From the IMG/VR virus record IMGVR_UViG_3300048925_000129: 64,000 bases of DNA; one strand, given 5' to 3'. Of the stretch, positions 22,278 through 32,203 are shown one piece after another; position 1 is the stretch's first letter; the number at the start of each line of letters is the position of its first letter. Both the position numbers and the translations under genes were made by a program. The notes under the pieces are model-generated. The model was not told where the DNA came from and made no database searches. It saw nothing but the letters and a program-made list of their open reading frames with translations. The DNA is from a virus.

Positions 22278-24395
22278 ATGAAGTATAGCAGTCAGTTATA
22301 TATTAACATGAAAGATAAGCCTATTTGGGCTAAAGATAAATCTTTTGAAGAGCAAAAAAGAATTGTACAGCAATTCTATATAGAGGAAGCTAAAAAATTA
22401 CAAACAGGTATTACTATTGGAGGAGTTAAAATTCACCCATGGTTATATTGGCACATTAATTTTTGGAAGTTCCTAAAAGATTTACCACCAGATAAAGATG
22501 GTAACTTTAAATCGGTTAAAGCAAACCCAGATTTAAGGGATAATGAATGGATGCTACAGCAAGCTTTATTTAGAGCTCAAGAAGAGAATAAAGGTATTGT
22601 AGGGGTAGGAGCCAGAAGGATCACTAAATCTGTGTTTATTTCTTCCTGGTTAGGGTTTAATGCCACTACTAAATATGGAGGGGAATTAAGGGTTAATTCA
22701 GTTATTGGAGGTACACAAAAAGACTTAGATAACATTGCAGATTATGTGGATTATGGACTTGACAACATTCATCCTTTCTTTAGAATGGACAAAGTTGGTA
22801 AGGATTGGGGAACAGGTGTAACCTTAGGAACTAGAAACTCAGATAACAGTAAGGAAATCTTTTCTAAGATGACCATTACCAACGTTAACATGGGTACTAA
22901 AAAGTCTACACAGAAGGCTGCTGGATCTACTCCAAACTCTATTGTATTTGACGAAATTGGAAAATATTCTTTCCTAAAAACGTTTAACACAGCTAAATAT
23001 TCCATTGCTACTGAGCACGGTTGGAGAACAATTCCTATTCTATTTGGGACTTCAGGAGAAATGTCTGAAGCAGGAGATGCTCAGAAAATGGTTAACAATC
23101 CAGAGGTTTATAAAATGATTACAATGGATTGGGAATGGTTAGAGAGAAGAAATAGAAAAACTACATGGGTTAGAAAACAATCTTGGGGAGTATTCTTTCC
23201 AGGACAGATGTCATTGGATGCAGGAGTTCCAAAGAAGAAAATCAGCTTAGGTGAATACTTGGAATTAGAGGACCCAGAACTTGCAGAAATAGACTTTTAT
23301 GAGACTCAATGGGCAGAGTCATCTAAAGTTATGCTAGAAAGAAGAAAGCTCCTAGAAAGGACTGATAAGAAGGCATATGAGGATGAACTGATGTTTATGC
23401 CATTAGACCCTGAGGACTGCTTCTTAGATGGAGGCTCAAATCCTTTCCCTATGGCTGAAGCTACAAGACATAGAAGTAGAATTCTAGAAGATGGAAATGT
23501 AGGTAGAGTTATGGATGTATTCAAGAAACATGGTCAGAACGATACTCAAATTCAGTTTGATTTCTCTCACAAACCTATTGCAGAGTTTCCATTTGAAGGT
23601 GGAATTTTAGATTGTGGGATTCAGGTATTTGAAGATCCACCAGAAGAGAATGACTTTGACTATACATATGTTGCTGGTCTTGACCACTATAAGCATATTG
23701 AATCTACAGGAGACTCTATTGGAGCTTTATATATCTTCAAGAGGTTTGTCAACATTAATGATAAATTTGCAAATAGAATAGTTTGTTCTTTTGTTTCAAG
23801 ACCAGCTTCGATGAACACTTTCAATAGAACATGTGAGATGCTTCTTGAAGGGTATGGAGCAGAATGTTTACAAGAAAATGCCGATATCTCTTTCCAGCAG
23901 TATCTTGAGGCAAAAGGTAAGGATATTAAGTTACTTGCTAATGGGGAAGTTATTGCTCAAAGAATGATTTCTGGTACGGCTAGACAGACTAATAAATATG
24001 GACTTACTCCAACTCAAAAGAATAAAGAATACTTACTAAAAGTTATAATTAATTATTGTTGGGAAATTGTTGATTCATATATTGATCACGATGGAAATGA
24101 AGTCTCAGTACTAGGTATTGAGAGGATTAATGATGTCCAATTGTTAGATGAGATAATTGGGTACAAACCTGGTAAGAACGTGGATAGAATTATTGCTTTT
24201 GCTCATGCACTTGTTTGGGCTAGATACCTTGACGATATCAGAGTACTTCCAAGAATTAAGGCAAAGAAACCTACAGATACAGAAAGGTTAAAAAGAGAAG
24301 ACAAGGTAACAAGAATTAAAGATGTTGTTAGAAGAAATTCATATGGTAAAGGAAGACAGTCAAGTCCTAGAAGACCTGGAAGATATGGCTTCTAA
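22278..24395 (+). CDS. terL: Terminase large subunit
   Basis: GARRITKS Walker A-like, IVFDEIGK Walker B, FGTSG, YVAGLDHY RNase H-like domain, NVDRIIA. Confidence 0.9.
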   Translation: MKYSSQLYINMKDKPIWAKDKSFEEQKRIVQQFYIEEAKKLQTGITIGGVKIHPWLYWHINFWKFLKDLPPDKDGNFKSVKANPDLRDNEWMLQQALFRAQEENKGIVGVGARRITKSVFISSWLGFNATTKYGGELRVNSVIGGTQKDLDNIADYVDYGLDNIHPFFRMDKVGKDWGTGVTLGTRNSDNSKEIFSKMTITNVNMGTKKSTQKAAGSTPNSIVFDEIGKYSFLKTFNTAKYSIATEHGWRTIPILFGTSGEMSEAGDAQKMVNNPEVYKMITMDWEWLERRNRKTTWVRKQSWGVFFPGQMSLDAGVPKKKISLGEYLELEDPELAEIDFYETQWAESSKVMLERRKLLERTDKKAYEDELMFMPLDPEDCFLDGGSNPFPMAEATRHRSRILEDGNVGRVMDVFKKHGQNDTQIQFDFSHKPIAEFPFEGGILDCGIQVFEDPPEENDFDYTYVAGLDHYKHIESTGDSIGALYIFKRFVNINDKFANRIVCSFVSRPASMNTFNRTCEMLLEGYGAECLQENADISFQQYLEAKGKDIKLLANGEVIAQRMISGTARQTNKYGLTPTQKNKEYLLKVIINYCWEIVDSYIDHDGNEVSVLGIERINDVQLLDEIIGYKPGKNVDRIIAFAHALVWARYLDDIRVLPRIKAKKPTDTERLKREDKVTRIKDVVRRNSYGKGRQSSPRRPGRYGF

Positions 24396-24460
24396 CTAAT
24401 AGTTTCTTTTATCATTTTGTATAATTTAATGATTTTTTTTATCTTTGCAAAAAATATTTA

Positions 24461-27268
24461 ATGAGTGATTTAGGATATTGGTATGGTTCTGCTCTGCAAG
24501 GCAGCAGAGATAATTTTATACCACCCCAAGCTATTCCATTGTCAAAGAAAAATGATAAATGGAGGGAGAGATGCCTTGATGCTTTTGAAAGTATTGGTTT
24601 AAGACAGTTTAAAAAGAATTTAAAATATACGGACATCTTCAGAATGATCAATGGAAAAATGTCATTCTCTGAGATGTCTGAAGCAATGCCTCAGTATAGA
24701 GAACTAGAAAGAGTTTTGAATGACGTTGAGATCCCAACTTTCTTAAGACACTATGATATCATAGGCATCATTATAAATGCATTGGCTGGAGAGCTAATGT
24801 CTAATAGTGATAAATTTTCTATTAATACAAATGATGATGTATCTAGTAATGAGTATCTTAGAACTAAGACAGATAAATTATGGGAAACCATACAAACTGA
24901 TTTAGAAAGAGAACTTGAAACTAGGCTACTTAATCTAGGTATTAATCCTAATGTTCCACAGGAAGCTTTCCAGGACCCACAACAATATCAGCAATATCTT
25001 CAGCAAATACAAAGTAAGAAAGCTGAGATGACTCCTGCTGCAATTCAAACTTATATGGATGCAGACTGGAAAACAGTTGCAGCTAAATGGGCATCCCTTA
25101 AACTAGAAGAGGATAGAATAAATCATGACATGGACATGATGGACTATGAAAACTTCATTGAGTATCTAGCTACAGGAAGATGTTTCAGACATATGTTTGT
25201 ATCCTATGATTATTATAAACCTGAGAAATGGAGTATGATGAATACCTTTTTTTCAGAGGATTTAGAAACTAAGAGAGCTGAAAAAGGAGATTATGTTGGG
25301 AGAGTTCATCAGTTTTCAAGATCCCAAGTTCTTACAAGATATGGTCATAAACTAACTGCTAAGCAGAAGGAAGATATGGCAGGAGTTAATAATATGTTTT
25401 ATAACGACAATGATTATAACTTCGACAGAGATAACAATGTTTCTTACAAGAAAATGTTTGAAAGTCATTTCCATAATCTACAAATTGTTCCTTTTGAAAA
25501 TTATCCTGAGTATCAGTTTAATCTAGATATGCAAGATGCCCTAGGAGTTCCTTTAGGAGAGCAGAAGATTATGAACAGACACGGTGAATATGAAACCGTT
25601 CCAGTAATGCTGCCAAAACTTGCAGATGTTACAGGAGATCTAGGATACAGAGGACACACTAATTTCCAGATGTTAAGAAATGACATCTCAATTAGAAATG
25701 ATTTAATGACAGTAACGGAGGTTTACTGGAAGTCTTTTAAAAAGATAGGTTACCTTAGTTATTATGATGAAAATAATAATTTAACTTCTGCTTTAGTTAC
25801 AGAAGATATTCTACCAGAATTTCTTTCTGAAAACGAAATTAAGAAGCTTAAAAATATTTCTCTAATGGATTTAGAGAAAAAACAAGAAGCAAACACAATA
25901 GTTTGGGACTACATGCCTGAGGTATGGCAAGGAACCAAGATTACAGGTGTTTTAAATGGTCCATCTCAGGGTGGTACTCCAGAAACCTATTATCTTGATA
26001 TTAAACCTTGTGAGTTCCAGATTAAGGGTGATGGAAATATGTTCGATGTGCTTCTTCCAGTAGCAGGTATGATTGATGTAGGTTTAGCACCTAAGATTGA
26101 GCCATACCAAGTAACATATAATCTGGTAATGAATCAGATCTTCAACTTACTGGAAAAAGAGATTGGGTTATTCTTTATTTTTGATATCAACTTTTTACCT
26201 TCAGAGTTTAGAGATTGGGGAGATACAGAGGACACCTTGCTTTACATGAGAGATATTGCAAAGGATATAGGAATTGTTCCTGTAGATTCATCTAAGCAGA
26301 ACCTTGTAGGAGGAGCTAACTTTAACCAGTTTGCTGCTCAGAATTTATCTTTCTCTTCACAAATTCAGGATAGAGTTAATCTAGCTGAGTTTATTAAGAA
26401 TAAAGCCTTTGAGCAAGTTGGAATGACTCCTCAGAGATTGGGAAGCCCGACTAAATATGAAACTGCTGAGGGAGTTAGACAATCTCAGGATGCTTCTTAT
26501 TCTCAAACAGAACAATATTTCTCTAAGTTCTCTTCATTTAAGAAGAATGCTTTAGAACTTCAGTTAAGTGTAGCTCAGTACTGCCAGAAAGAGGGAATTG
26601 ATTTACAAGTATTTTATACTCAGATTGATGCTACCCAGGCTTTCTTAAGAGAGTCAGATCCTGACTTCCACCTTAGAAATTTAGGTATCACTCCGATATC
26701 AAACTCTAAGAAAAGAAAAGAACTTGAAGTGTTTAAACAGTACTTACTTAATACAAACACCTTAGGAACAGATGAGCTTTCTTTAGCTGAACTAATTTCA
26801 TCTGATGCAATGTCAGAAGTTATTGAAGCTGCCAGAGGAGCTAGAGTTGCTAGACAACAACAAGAGCAAGCTGCTTCAGAGCAAAGAATGCAAGAGATTC
26901 AAACTCAACAGGAAGAGCTTAGAAAGACAGAACAACAAAAATGGCAGTTGGAAGAAATGTCTAAAGATAAAGACAGAGAAACTGATATCAGAGTTGCTGC
27001 TATTAATGCTGCTGGTAGAGCTTCAGACAAACAGTCTGATCAGGAAGGATTTGATTATATCACCAACCTTACTAATTTATCTCTACAGCAAACTAAGATG
27101 CAGTCTGATGCTACTAATAAACAATTGGAAACAGAGATCAAGAGAGAAAAAGTACAATCAGACAAAGAGATTGCTATGAAAGAGATTCAATTGAAAATTG
27201 CCGAACTAGCAAACAGAAGAGCTATCTCAAAAGACAACGTTCAGATTGCTAGAATGAATAAAAACTAA
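24461..27268 (+). CDS. Portal protein (crAss-like)
   Basis: PPQAIPLSKKNDKW start, HYDIIG, EVWQGTKI, GMTPQRLG, C-terminal coiled coil; follows terL; promoter 24416-24447. Confidence 0.88.
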   Translation: MSDLGYWYGSALQGSRDNFIPPQAIPLSKKNDKWRERCLDAFESIGLRQFKKNLKYTDIFRMINGKMSFSEMSEAMPQYRELERVLNDVEIPTFLRHYDIIGIIINALAGELMSNSDKFSINTNDDVSSNEYLRTKTDKLWETIQTDLERELETRLLNLGINPNVPQEAFQDPQQYQQYLQQIQSKKAEMTPAAIQTYMDADWKTVAAKWASLKLEEDRINHDMDMMDYENFIEYLATGRCFRHMFVSYDYYKPEKWSMMNTFFSEDLETKRAEKGDYVGRVHQFSRSQVLTRYGHKLTAKQKEDMAGVNNMFYNDNDYNFDRDNNVSYKKMFESHFHNLQIVPFENYPEYQFNLDMQDALGVPLGEQKIMNRHGEYETVPVMLPKLADVTGDLGYRGHTNFQMLRNDISIRNDLMTVTEVYWKSFKKIGYLSYYDENNNLTSALVTEDILPEFLSENEIKKLKNISLMDLEKKQEANTIVWDYMPEVWQGTKITGVLNGPSQGGTPETYYLDIKPCEFQIKGDGNMFDVLLPVAGMIDVGLAPKIEPYQVTYNLVMNQIFNLLEKEIGLFFIFDINFLPSEFRDWGDTEDTLLYMRDIAKDIGIVPVDSSKQNLVGGANFNQFAAQNLSFSSQIQDRVNLAEFIKNKAFEQVGMTPQRLGSPTKYETAEGVRQSQDASYSQTEQYFSKFSSFKKNALELQLSVAQYCQKEGIDLQVFYTQIDATQAFLRESDPDFHLRNLGITPISNSKKRKELEVFKQYLLNTNTLGTDELSLAELISSDAMSEVIEAARGARVARQQQEQAASEQRMQEIQTQQEELRKTEQQKWQLEEMSKDKDRETDIRVAAINAAGRASDKQSDQEGFDYITNLTNLSLQQTKMQSDATNKQLETEIKREKVQSDKEIAMKEIQLKIAELANRRAISKDNVQIARMNKN

Positions 27269-27392
27269 TATAATAAAAAATCTTAAGGGGTAGATAATAA
27301 AAAATTTTACCCCTAATATTTAATTTTAAAATTATGATAATTTATTACATATTTTGAAATTACGTTAATTAATCTTAAATTTGCAAATATAA

Positions 27393-28598
27393 ATGGAAGA
27401 AAACCACATCACAGACGATTTTTCTGGATTAGAGAGTTTAGGCAATAGTCAAATAGTAGAAAACTTAGGAACTTTTTTAAGTCTTGAAGATTTAGGACTT
27501 AAGCCAGGATCTGAAAATGAAGATTATATTCCTCTTGATAATGTTAACATAACAAAAGAAGACGAGGAAGAAGATACTACTAAACCTACAGAAGGAGCTG
27601 TTACAGCAGAAGCTACTCCAACTACAGAAGAAGTAACTGGGTTAGAAGGTTTAAATGCCTTAGATGAAGGGATTCCTACAGAAGATGTAGAAGTTATTAT
27701 CCCAACAGGAGAAACTGATTACAAATCCATTCTTAAGGATTTGATTGCTGAGGGAGTTCTGCCTGAAATAGGATCTTTTGAAACAGAAGATGGCGATGTC
27801 AGTTTTGATGACATGGCTATTGACAAAGATGCCTTATTATTCCTTATTAAAGACCACCAAGACAAGATTAAAGAAGAGCTAAAATCTTCATCTATTGATG
27901 TTAATGGGGTTTCTGAATTCACAAAGAAATTAATCAGTATTGAGAAACACGGAGGTAATGTTCAACAAGCACTTGAAACTTACCAACAGGTTAAACATCC
28001 AATTGAGTCAATTGACTTAAATGATCCAGTAGGACAAAAAGCTATGTGTTATCTAAGATTCAAAGCTAATGGAATAGAAGATTCTATGGCTAGAGACTTG
28101 ATTAATGCTTATGAAATTAAAGGAGTACTTGAAGAAAAGGCTGCTGAATCTAAAGAACAACTAGATGAAGCATTTAAGCAGAGTATGATCCAACAAGAAG
28201 AGTTGGCTATTAAACAAGAGCAGGAATTCAAAGCTGCCCTTAAAACTTATAGAGGAACTTTAGATAGTGTATTGAAAGATCAACAAATTTCAGATACCCA
28301 CAGAAGAAAGTTACTTGATATAGCAACTAAACAGACTGCTCAAGGAGATTTTGAACTTGATGAATACATTGAGAATTTTAGAAAAAATCCTATTGATGCG
28401 GTTGATTTGTTGATGTTCGTTACAAACAAAGAGGAATTTATTAAGAAGAAAGCTGAGGAAATGATGAAGGAAGAAAGGAAAAAAACCCTTCAAAGAGTTG
28501 CCCTTATTCCTAAAGGAAAATCTTCTAGCCTTACTGTTCCAGAACAAACCAATACAAAACAAGATCCTTACTTACTTGACTTAAGTAAGCTGCAATAA
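27393..28598 (+). CDS. Probable scaffolding/capsid assembly protein
   Basis: Acidic N-terminus and helical C-terminus, between portal and MCP. Confidence 0.65.
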   Translation: MEENHITDDFSGLESLGNSQIVENLGTFLSLEDLGLKPGSENEDYIPLDNVNITKEDEEEDTTKPTEGAVTAEATPTTEEVTGLEGLNALDEGIPTEDVEVIIPTGETDYKSILKDLIAEGVLPEIGSFETEDGDVSFDDMAIDKDALLFLIKDHQDKIKEELKSSSIDVNGVSEFTKKLISIEKHGGNVQQALETYQQVKHPIESIDLNDPVGQKAMCYLRFKANGIEDSMARDLINAYEIKGVLEEKAAESKEQLDEAFKQSMIQQEELAIKQEQEFKAALKTYRGTLDSVLKDQQISDTHRRKLLDIATKQTAQGDFELDEYIENFRKNPIDAVDLLMFVTNKEEFIKKKAEEMMKEERKKTLQRVALIPKGKSSSLTVPEQTNTKQDPYLLDLSKLQ

Positions 28599-28633
28599 AA
28601 CAAACAACAAACAATTAATAATTTAAGTAACAA

Positions 28634-30334
28634 ATGAGTTTACAAGCTAGTGGTGTTCCTAGAGTAATAAACGGTGACTATGTTATCGGATATACGAATG
28701 GAAAGAGAATTAAACACATGGGTTGGGAAGATATCTCTTCAATGAGTAAGTGGTATCAGGAGGACCCTAATGAGAGACACTTAGGATTGATCAACCTATA
28801 TGAAAATATGGGAGCTAAACCATTACCAATGTATAAGAATTTCTTTAAAGATAAAGCTATTCTAGAGGTAAATGGTGTTAATGGTTCATTTACTTATGAT
28901 CTTCCAGTAACGAAGAAAAAATCAGGAGTTTATACTACTGAAGATACTTCTGATTACTCTGAAGCTCCAGGTATTGATGGAACTTTATTCCCAATCAAAT
29001 TAGATCAGCCTTATACAAAAGGAGACATTTTAACATATGATGCTTTCCACGGATCACAAGTAATTGTATCTGAAGATAGACACGTTACACAAGAAGGTGA
29101 TTCTTGGGTACATTGGGTTACTTTAGTAGATAACAATTCAGCAGCTTGGTTCCCTATTGACAAATTGAAAGCTGGTATCCAGTACTTCAAAATTGGTCAC
29201 TCTTTAGGAGAGTATTCTACAGACTTCTCAAACATTCAGTCACCTGATACAAACGGAACCATTAAGTGTGAGTTCAGATTAGGTAACCACAGAGGTGTTG
29301 AGACTTACTATACTTACTATGCAAATAGTAGAGACTTCAACGGTGCTACTTTAACAAGTAGAGACTACATCGACCAATGGATGAGAGAAGCCGAAACTAT
29401 TGAAAAAGATGAGAATGGTAAGCCTTTAGATATGTTCTACGTTGGTAGACTTAGAGAAGGAAAACTAGATATGAGAACCGTTAGAATCGGAGCTGTTCTT
29501 GAAAGACTAGCTGTTTTAGAATTGATGAGATTAGAAGCATATTCATTAATCTTCCAAAAAGGTGCATTGATCAATAACATCAATGGTACTAAGAGATTAA
29601 ATGAAGGTATCTATCACCAAATCAGAAGAGGTAGAATTATCAAGTATGCTAAGCCAGGGGCTATCTCAATCAGTCATCTAAGACAAGCTATGGCATTCCT
29701 TTACAGATTCAGAAGAAATGTACCACTTGATCAAAGAAGAATTAGATTCAAAGCTGGATCTATGGCTTATGATAATATCATGAGACTTATCCAGGAAGAA
29801 GCTTTAAGACAAGTAGGAAACCTAGCAATGTTCAACGGTTACGAAAGAACATTACCATCAAACCCAGTAACTGGATCAAGTTTAACAGACCTAAGAGTTA
29901 ACCCTGTTAGATTCGTTGAAGCTTTATTCCCAGGAATTGGTTGGATCGAGGTAGAGCACGACCCATCATTAGACTTCCAACCTCTAACAGACAGAATGTC
30001 TAGAGGATTCTTCGGAGAGGAAGGTTATGCAGATTCTTCTTACTCAGCAGTTATCTGGGATGTCCTAGATCAAGAGTATGCAGATGTAAGCAAAACTATC
30101 GGTGGAGATGCTAGACTTATGGCAGGTGGTAATTCTAGAGCTAACATTTACTATGTTAAGCCAGAAGGAGAAGGATACTTCATGGGATACTCTGAAGGTA
30201 GATGGTCTCCAAATAAAGCAACTGACATTGCTTCATCATTGAAACACATGGCTAGAGAATTCTGGTGTCACTCTGTTTCAGCAGGATGGGTAAAAGATAT
30301 CAGTAGATTTGTTATCATCGAGTTAAAAAGATAA
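28634..30334 (+). CDS. Major capsid protein (crAss-like)
   Basis: 566 aa, biased codon use, EVEHDPSLD motif, position after scaffold, followed by a terminator. Confidence 0.85.
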   Translation: MSLQASGVPRVINGDYVIGYTNGKRIKHMGWEDISSMSKWYQEDPNERHLGLINLYENMGAKPLPMYKNFFKDKAILEVNGVNGSFTYDLPVTKKKSGVYTTEDTSDYSEAPGIDGTLFPIKLDQPYTKGDILTYDAFHGSQVIVSEDRHVTQEGDSWVHWVTLVDNNSAAWFPIDKLKAGIQYFKIGHSLGEYSTDFSNIQSPDTNGTIKCEFRLGNHRGVETYYTYYANSRDFNGATLTSRDYIDQWMREAETIEKDENGKPLDMFYVGRLREGKLDMRTVRIGAVLERLAVLELMRLEAYSLIFQKGALINNINGTKRLNEGIYHQIRRGRIIKYAKPGAISISHLRQAMAFLYRFRRNVPLDQRRIRFKAGSMAYDNIMRLIQEEALRQVGNLAMFNGYERTLPSNPVTGSSLTDLRVNPVRFVEALFPGIGWIEVEHDPSLDFQPLTDRMSRGFFGEEGYADSSYSAVIWDVLDQEYADVSKTIGGDARLMAGGNSRANIYYVKPEGEGYFMGYSEGRWSPNKATDIASSLKHMAREFWCHSVSAGWVKDISRFVIIELKR

Positions 30335-30348
30335 TAAATATTCATATT

Positions 30349-30385
30349 AGATTCCCTAGGGCAACTTAGGGAATCTTTTGTTTTT
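30349..30385 (+). terminator. Intrinsic terminator after MCP
   Basis: AGATTCCCTA/TAGGGAATCT plus T-tract. Confidence 0.8.
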
Positions 30386-30556
30386 AATAAAAATTTTTAT
30401 ATTTTTAATATTATTTTAGGTACTTGTATTTAGCATTTTATTGTTGTATCTTTGTATTTAGAAAGTTAACCATAGAGATAAGTTAATAATAACTTTTATC
30501 TTTTTGTCTAAGTCATAAATTTTTCTTATTTTTGCAAGAAAATAAAATCACAATTT

Positions 30557-31504
30557 ATGTCAGATAAGATAATCATAGAGGTTAACGGACTTAAGATTAA
30601 AGAAAACTCACTTTATAAAGTAATCGACAAGCCAGATGCCAATGCAGTAGCTGGACTTAGAGAACATGGTTCTACTAAAGTTCCTGTGGAGTATATGTAT
30701 AATACAGCAGGATGTAGATTCGATAAAGCAAAGAACGTTTTTGATACAGGTTTCTATACCCAATCACCATGTTATTCTAACTTAGAGAAATCAGTTAGAG
30801 AACAGAAAATAAGATCTCTTAGAGAGCACATCATTGAACCATATGAATTAGTTCATGGTGAAAATATTCTTGACAACAAAAATCATGACTTTTGGGAAAA
30901 TTATACCTATGATTTATTTGAAGGTAGAGTTTTTAACACAGAAAATATTGATGATCTATTAGCTCTTTATATTGCTATTTTAGGTTATGAATTAACTCCA
31001 AAAGAAGCACTAGGTAATCCAGCATTTAATGAGTCACAATTCTGTGTAGAAGATAAAGAAGTTACTTCTAAGAAGAGAAATGAAAGAACTCATAATTACA
31101 TGAGAGCAATGACAGCATTTGCACTTATGTTGACTTCTGAGAAAAATAAACTAATTGCTTGTTTAAGATTTGCCAGAATGAATGGTTCAGATAATCTTGA
31201 TGTTAATACACAAGATTCAACTTTCCAAGCATTCTTCCACGACTGGGTTAATGCAGATGTTAAGAATGTAGATGACTTCTTAAGAGCAACAGACATGATC
31301 ACTAAAAAACCAGGTTTAGAAGAAGTAATTATCTTCAGTCATTTACTTGATTTAGTGAGTTCTAACAAGGTAGTTAAGATCGGAGGGGAATATTCTTTCA
31401 AAGAAAATCCACTAGGTGCTGACCTTAAAACAGCAGCTAAGAACTTAGCAACTAGACCAACGTTAAAAGAAATAAAAACACAAATCTATAAAGAAATTGA
31501 ATAA
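30557..31504 (+). CDS. Conserved capsid-module protein, function unknown
   Basis: 315-aa ORF in the position occupied by a conserved gene next to MCP in crAss-like phages. Confidence 0.65.
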   Translation: MSDKIIIEVNGLKIKENSLYKVIDKPDANAVAGLREHGSTKVPVEYMYNTAGCRFDKAKNVFDTGFYTQSPCYSNLEKSVREQKIRSLREHIIEPYELVHGENILDNKNHDFWENYTYDLFEGRVFNTENIDDLLALYIAILGYELTPKEALGNPAFNESQFCVEDKEVTSKKRNERTHNYMRAMTAFALMLTSEKNKLIACLRFARMNGSDNLDVNTQDSTFQAFFHDWVNADVKNVDDFLRATDMITKKPGLEEVIIFSHLLDLVSSNKVVKIGGEYSFKENPLGADLKTAAKNLATRPTLKEIKTQIYKEIE

Positions 31505-32172
31505 TGCATCCTGAGCTAGTCTATCAAAGAATGTTGGAGAAAACAAACAAGAACCTGAATAATGGTTCTATTGCTTTAGATAGAGCCAGAGCAGTTTCGA
31601 TTTATAGAGAAGAAGAAGGTAAGTTTATTGAGTACTGTCTTCAAAAGAGAAATACTTTTGATATTCAGGATATTCAAATCTTACTAACAACTGAAAAATT
31701 AAAACTAAAGGAGGATACACTAAACTATTCCTCTTTTAGTTTACCTAATAAAGATAAATTCTTTGCATTTTCCAATGTAAAAATTAAAGCCTCATCTGGA
31801 GGCTGCTCTGATTACCTACTTCCTGTAGGTATTAAATCAGAAAACATAGAGGAAGTTCTATTCGATGTGAATAATGAACCCTCTTTTCCATACAGAGAAA
31901 CACCTTATACTATTAGAGATAATTCAATTGTAGTCTTTAAGAAAGATTTCAAGGTAGATAATGTAGATTTAATTTACTATAGATATCCCAAGAAATTTGA
32001 TCTGGAAGGTTATATTGATGAGGAAGATAGACAATCTTTTAATTCTGAACCAGAATTTGATGATAAGATCGTTAATAGAATCATATCAATGGTAGCAACA
32101 TCATTTGACATAAATAATGAAAATTTAAACAAAGTTCAAGTTGATGTTAACAGGGTAATTTCAAAACTTTAA
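31504..32172 (+). CDS. Tail ring/adaptor protein candidate
   Basis: YYRYP motif, size and position. Confidence 0.6.
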   Translation: MHPELVYQRMLEKTNKNLNNGSIALDRARAVSIYREEEGKFIEYCLQKRNTFDIQDIQILLTTEKLKLKEDTLNYSSFSLPNKDKFFAFSNVKIKASSGGCSDYLLPVGIKSENIEEVLFDVNNEPSFPYRETPYTIRDNSIVVFKKDFKVDNVDLIYYRYPKKFDLEGYIDEEDRQSFNSEPEFDDKIVNRIISMVATSFDINNENLNKVQVDVNRVISKL

Positions 32173-32203
32173 ACAACAAACAATTAATAATTAATTTTTA
32201 AAA

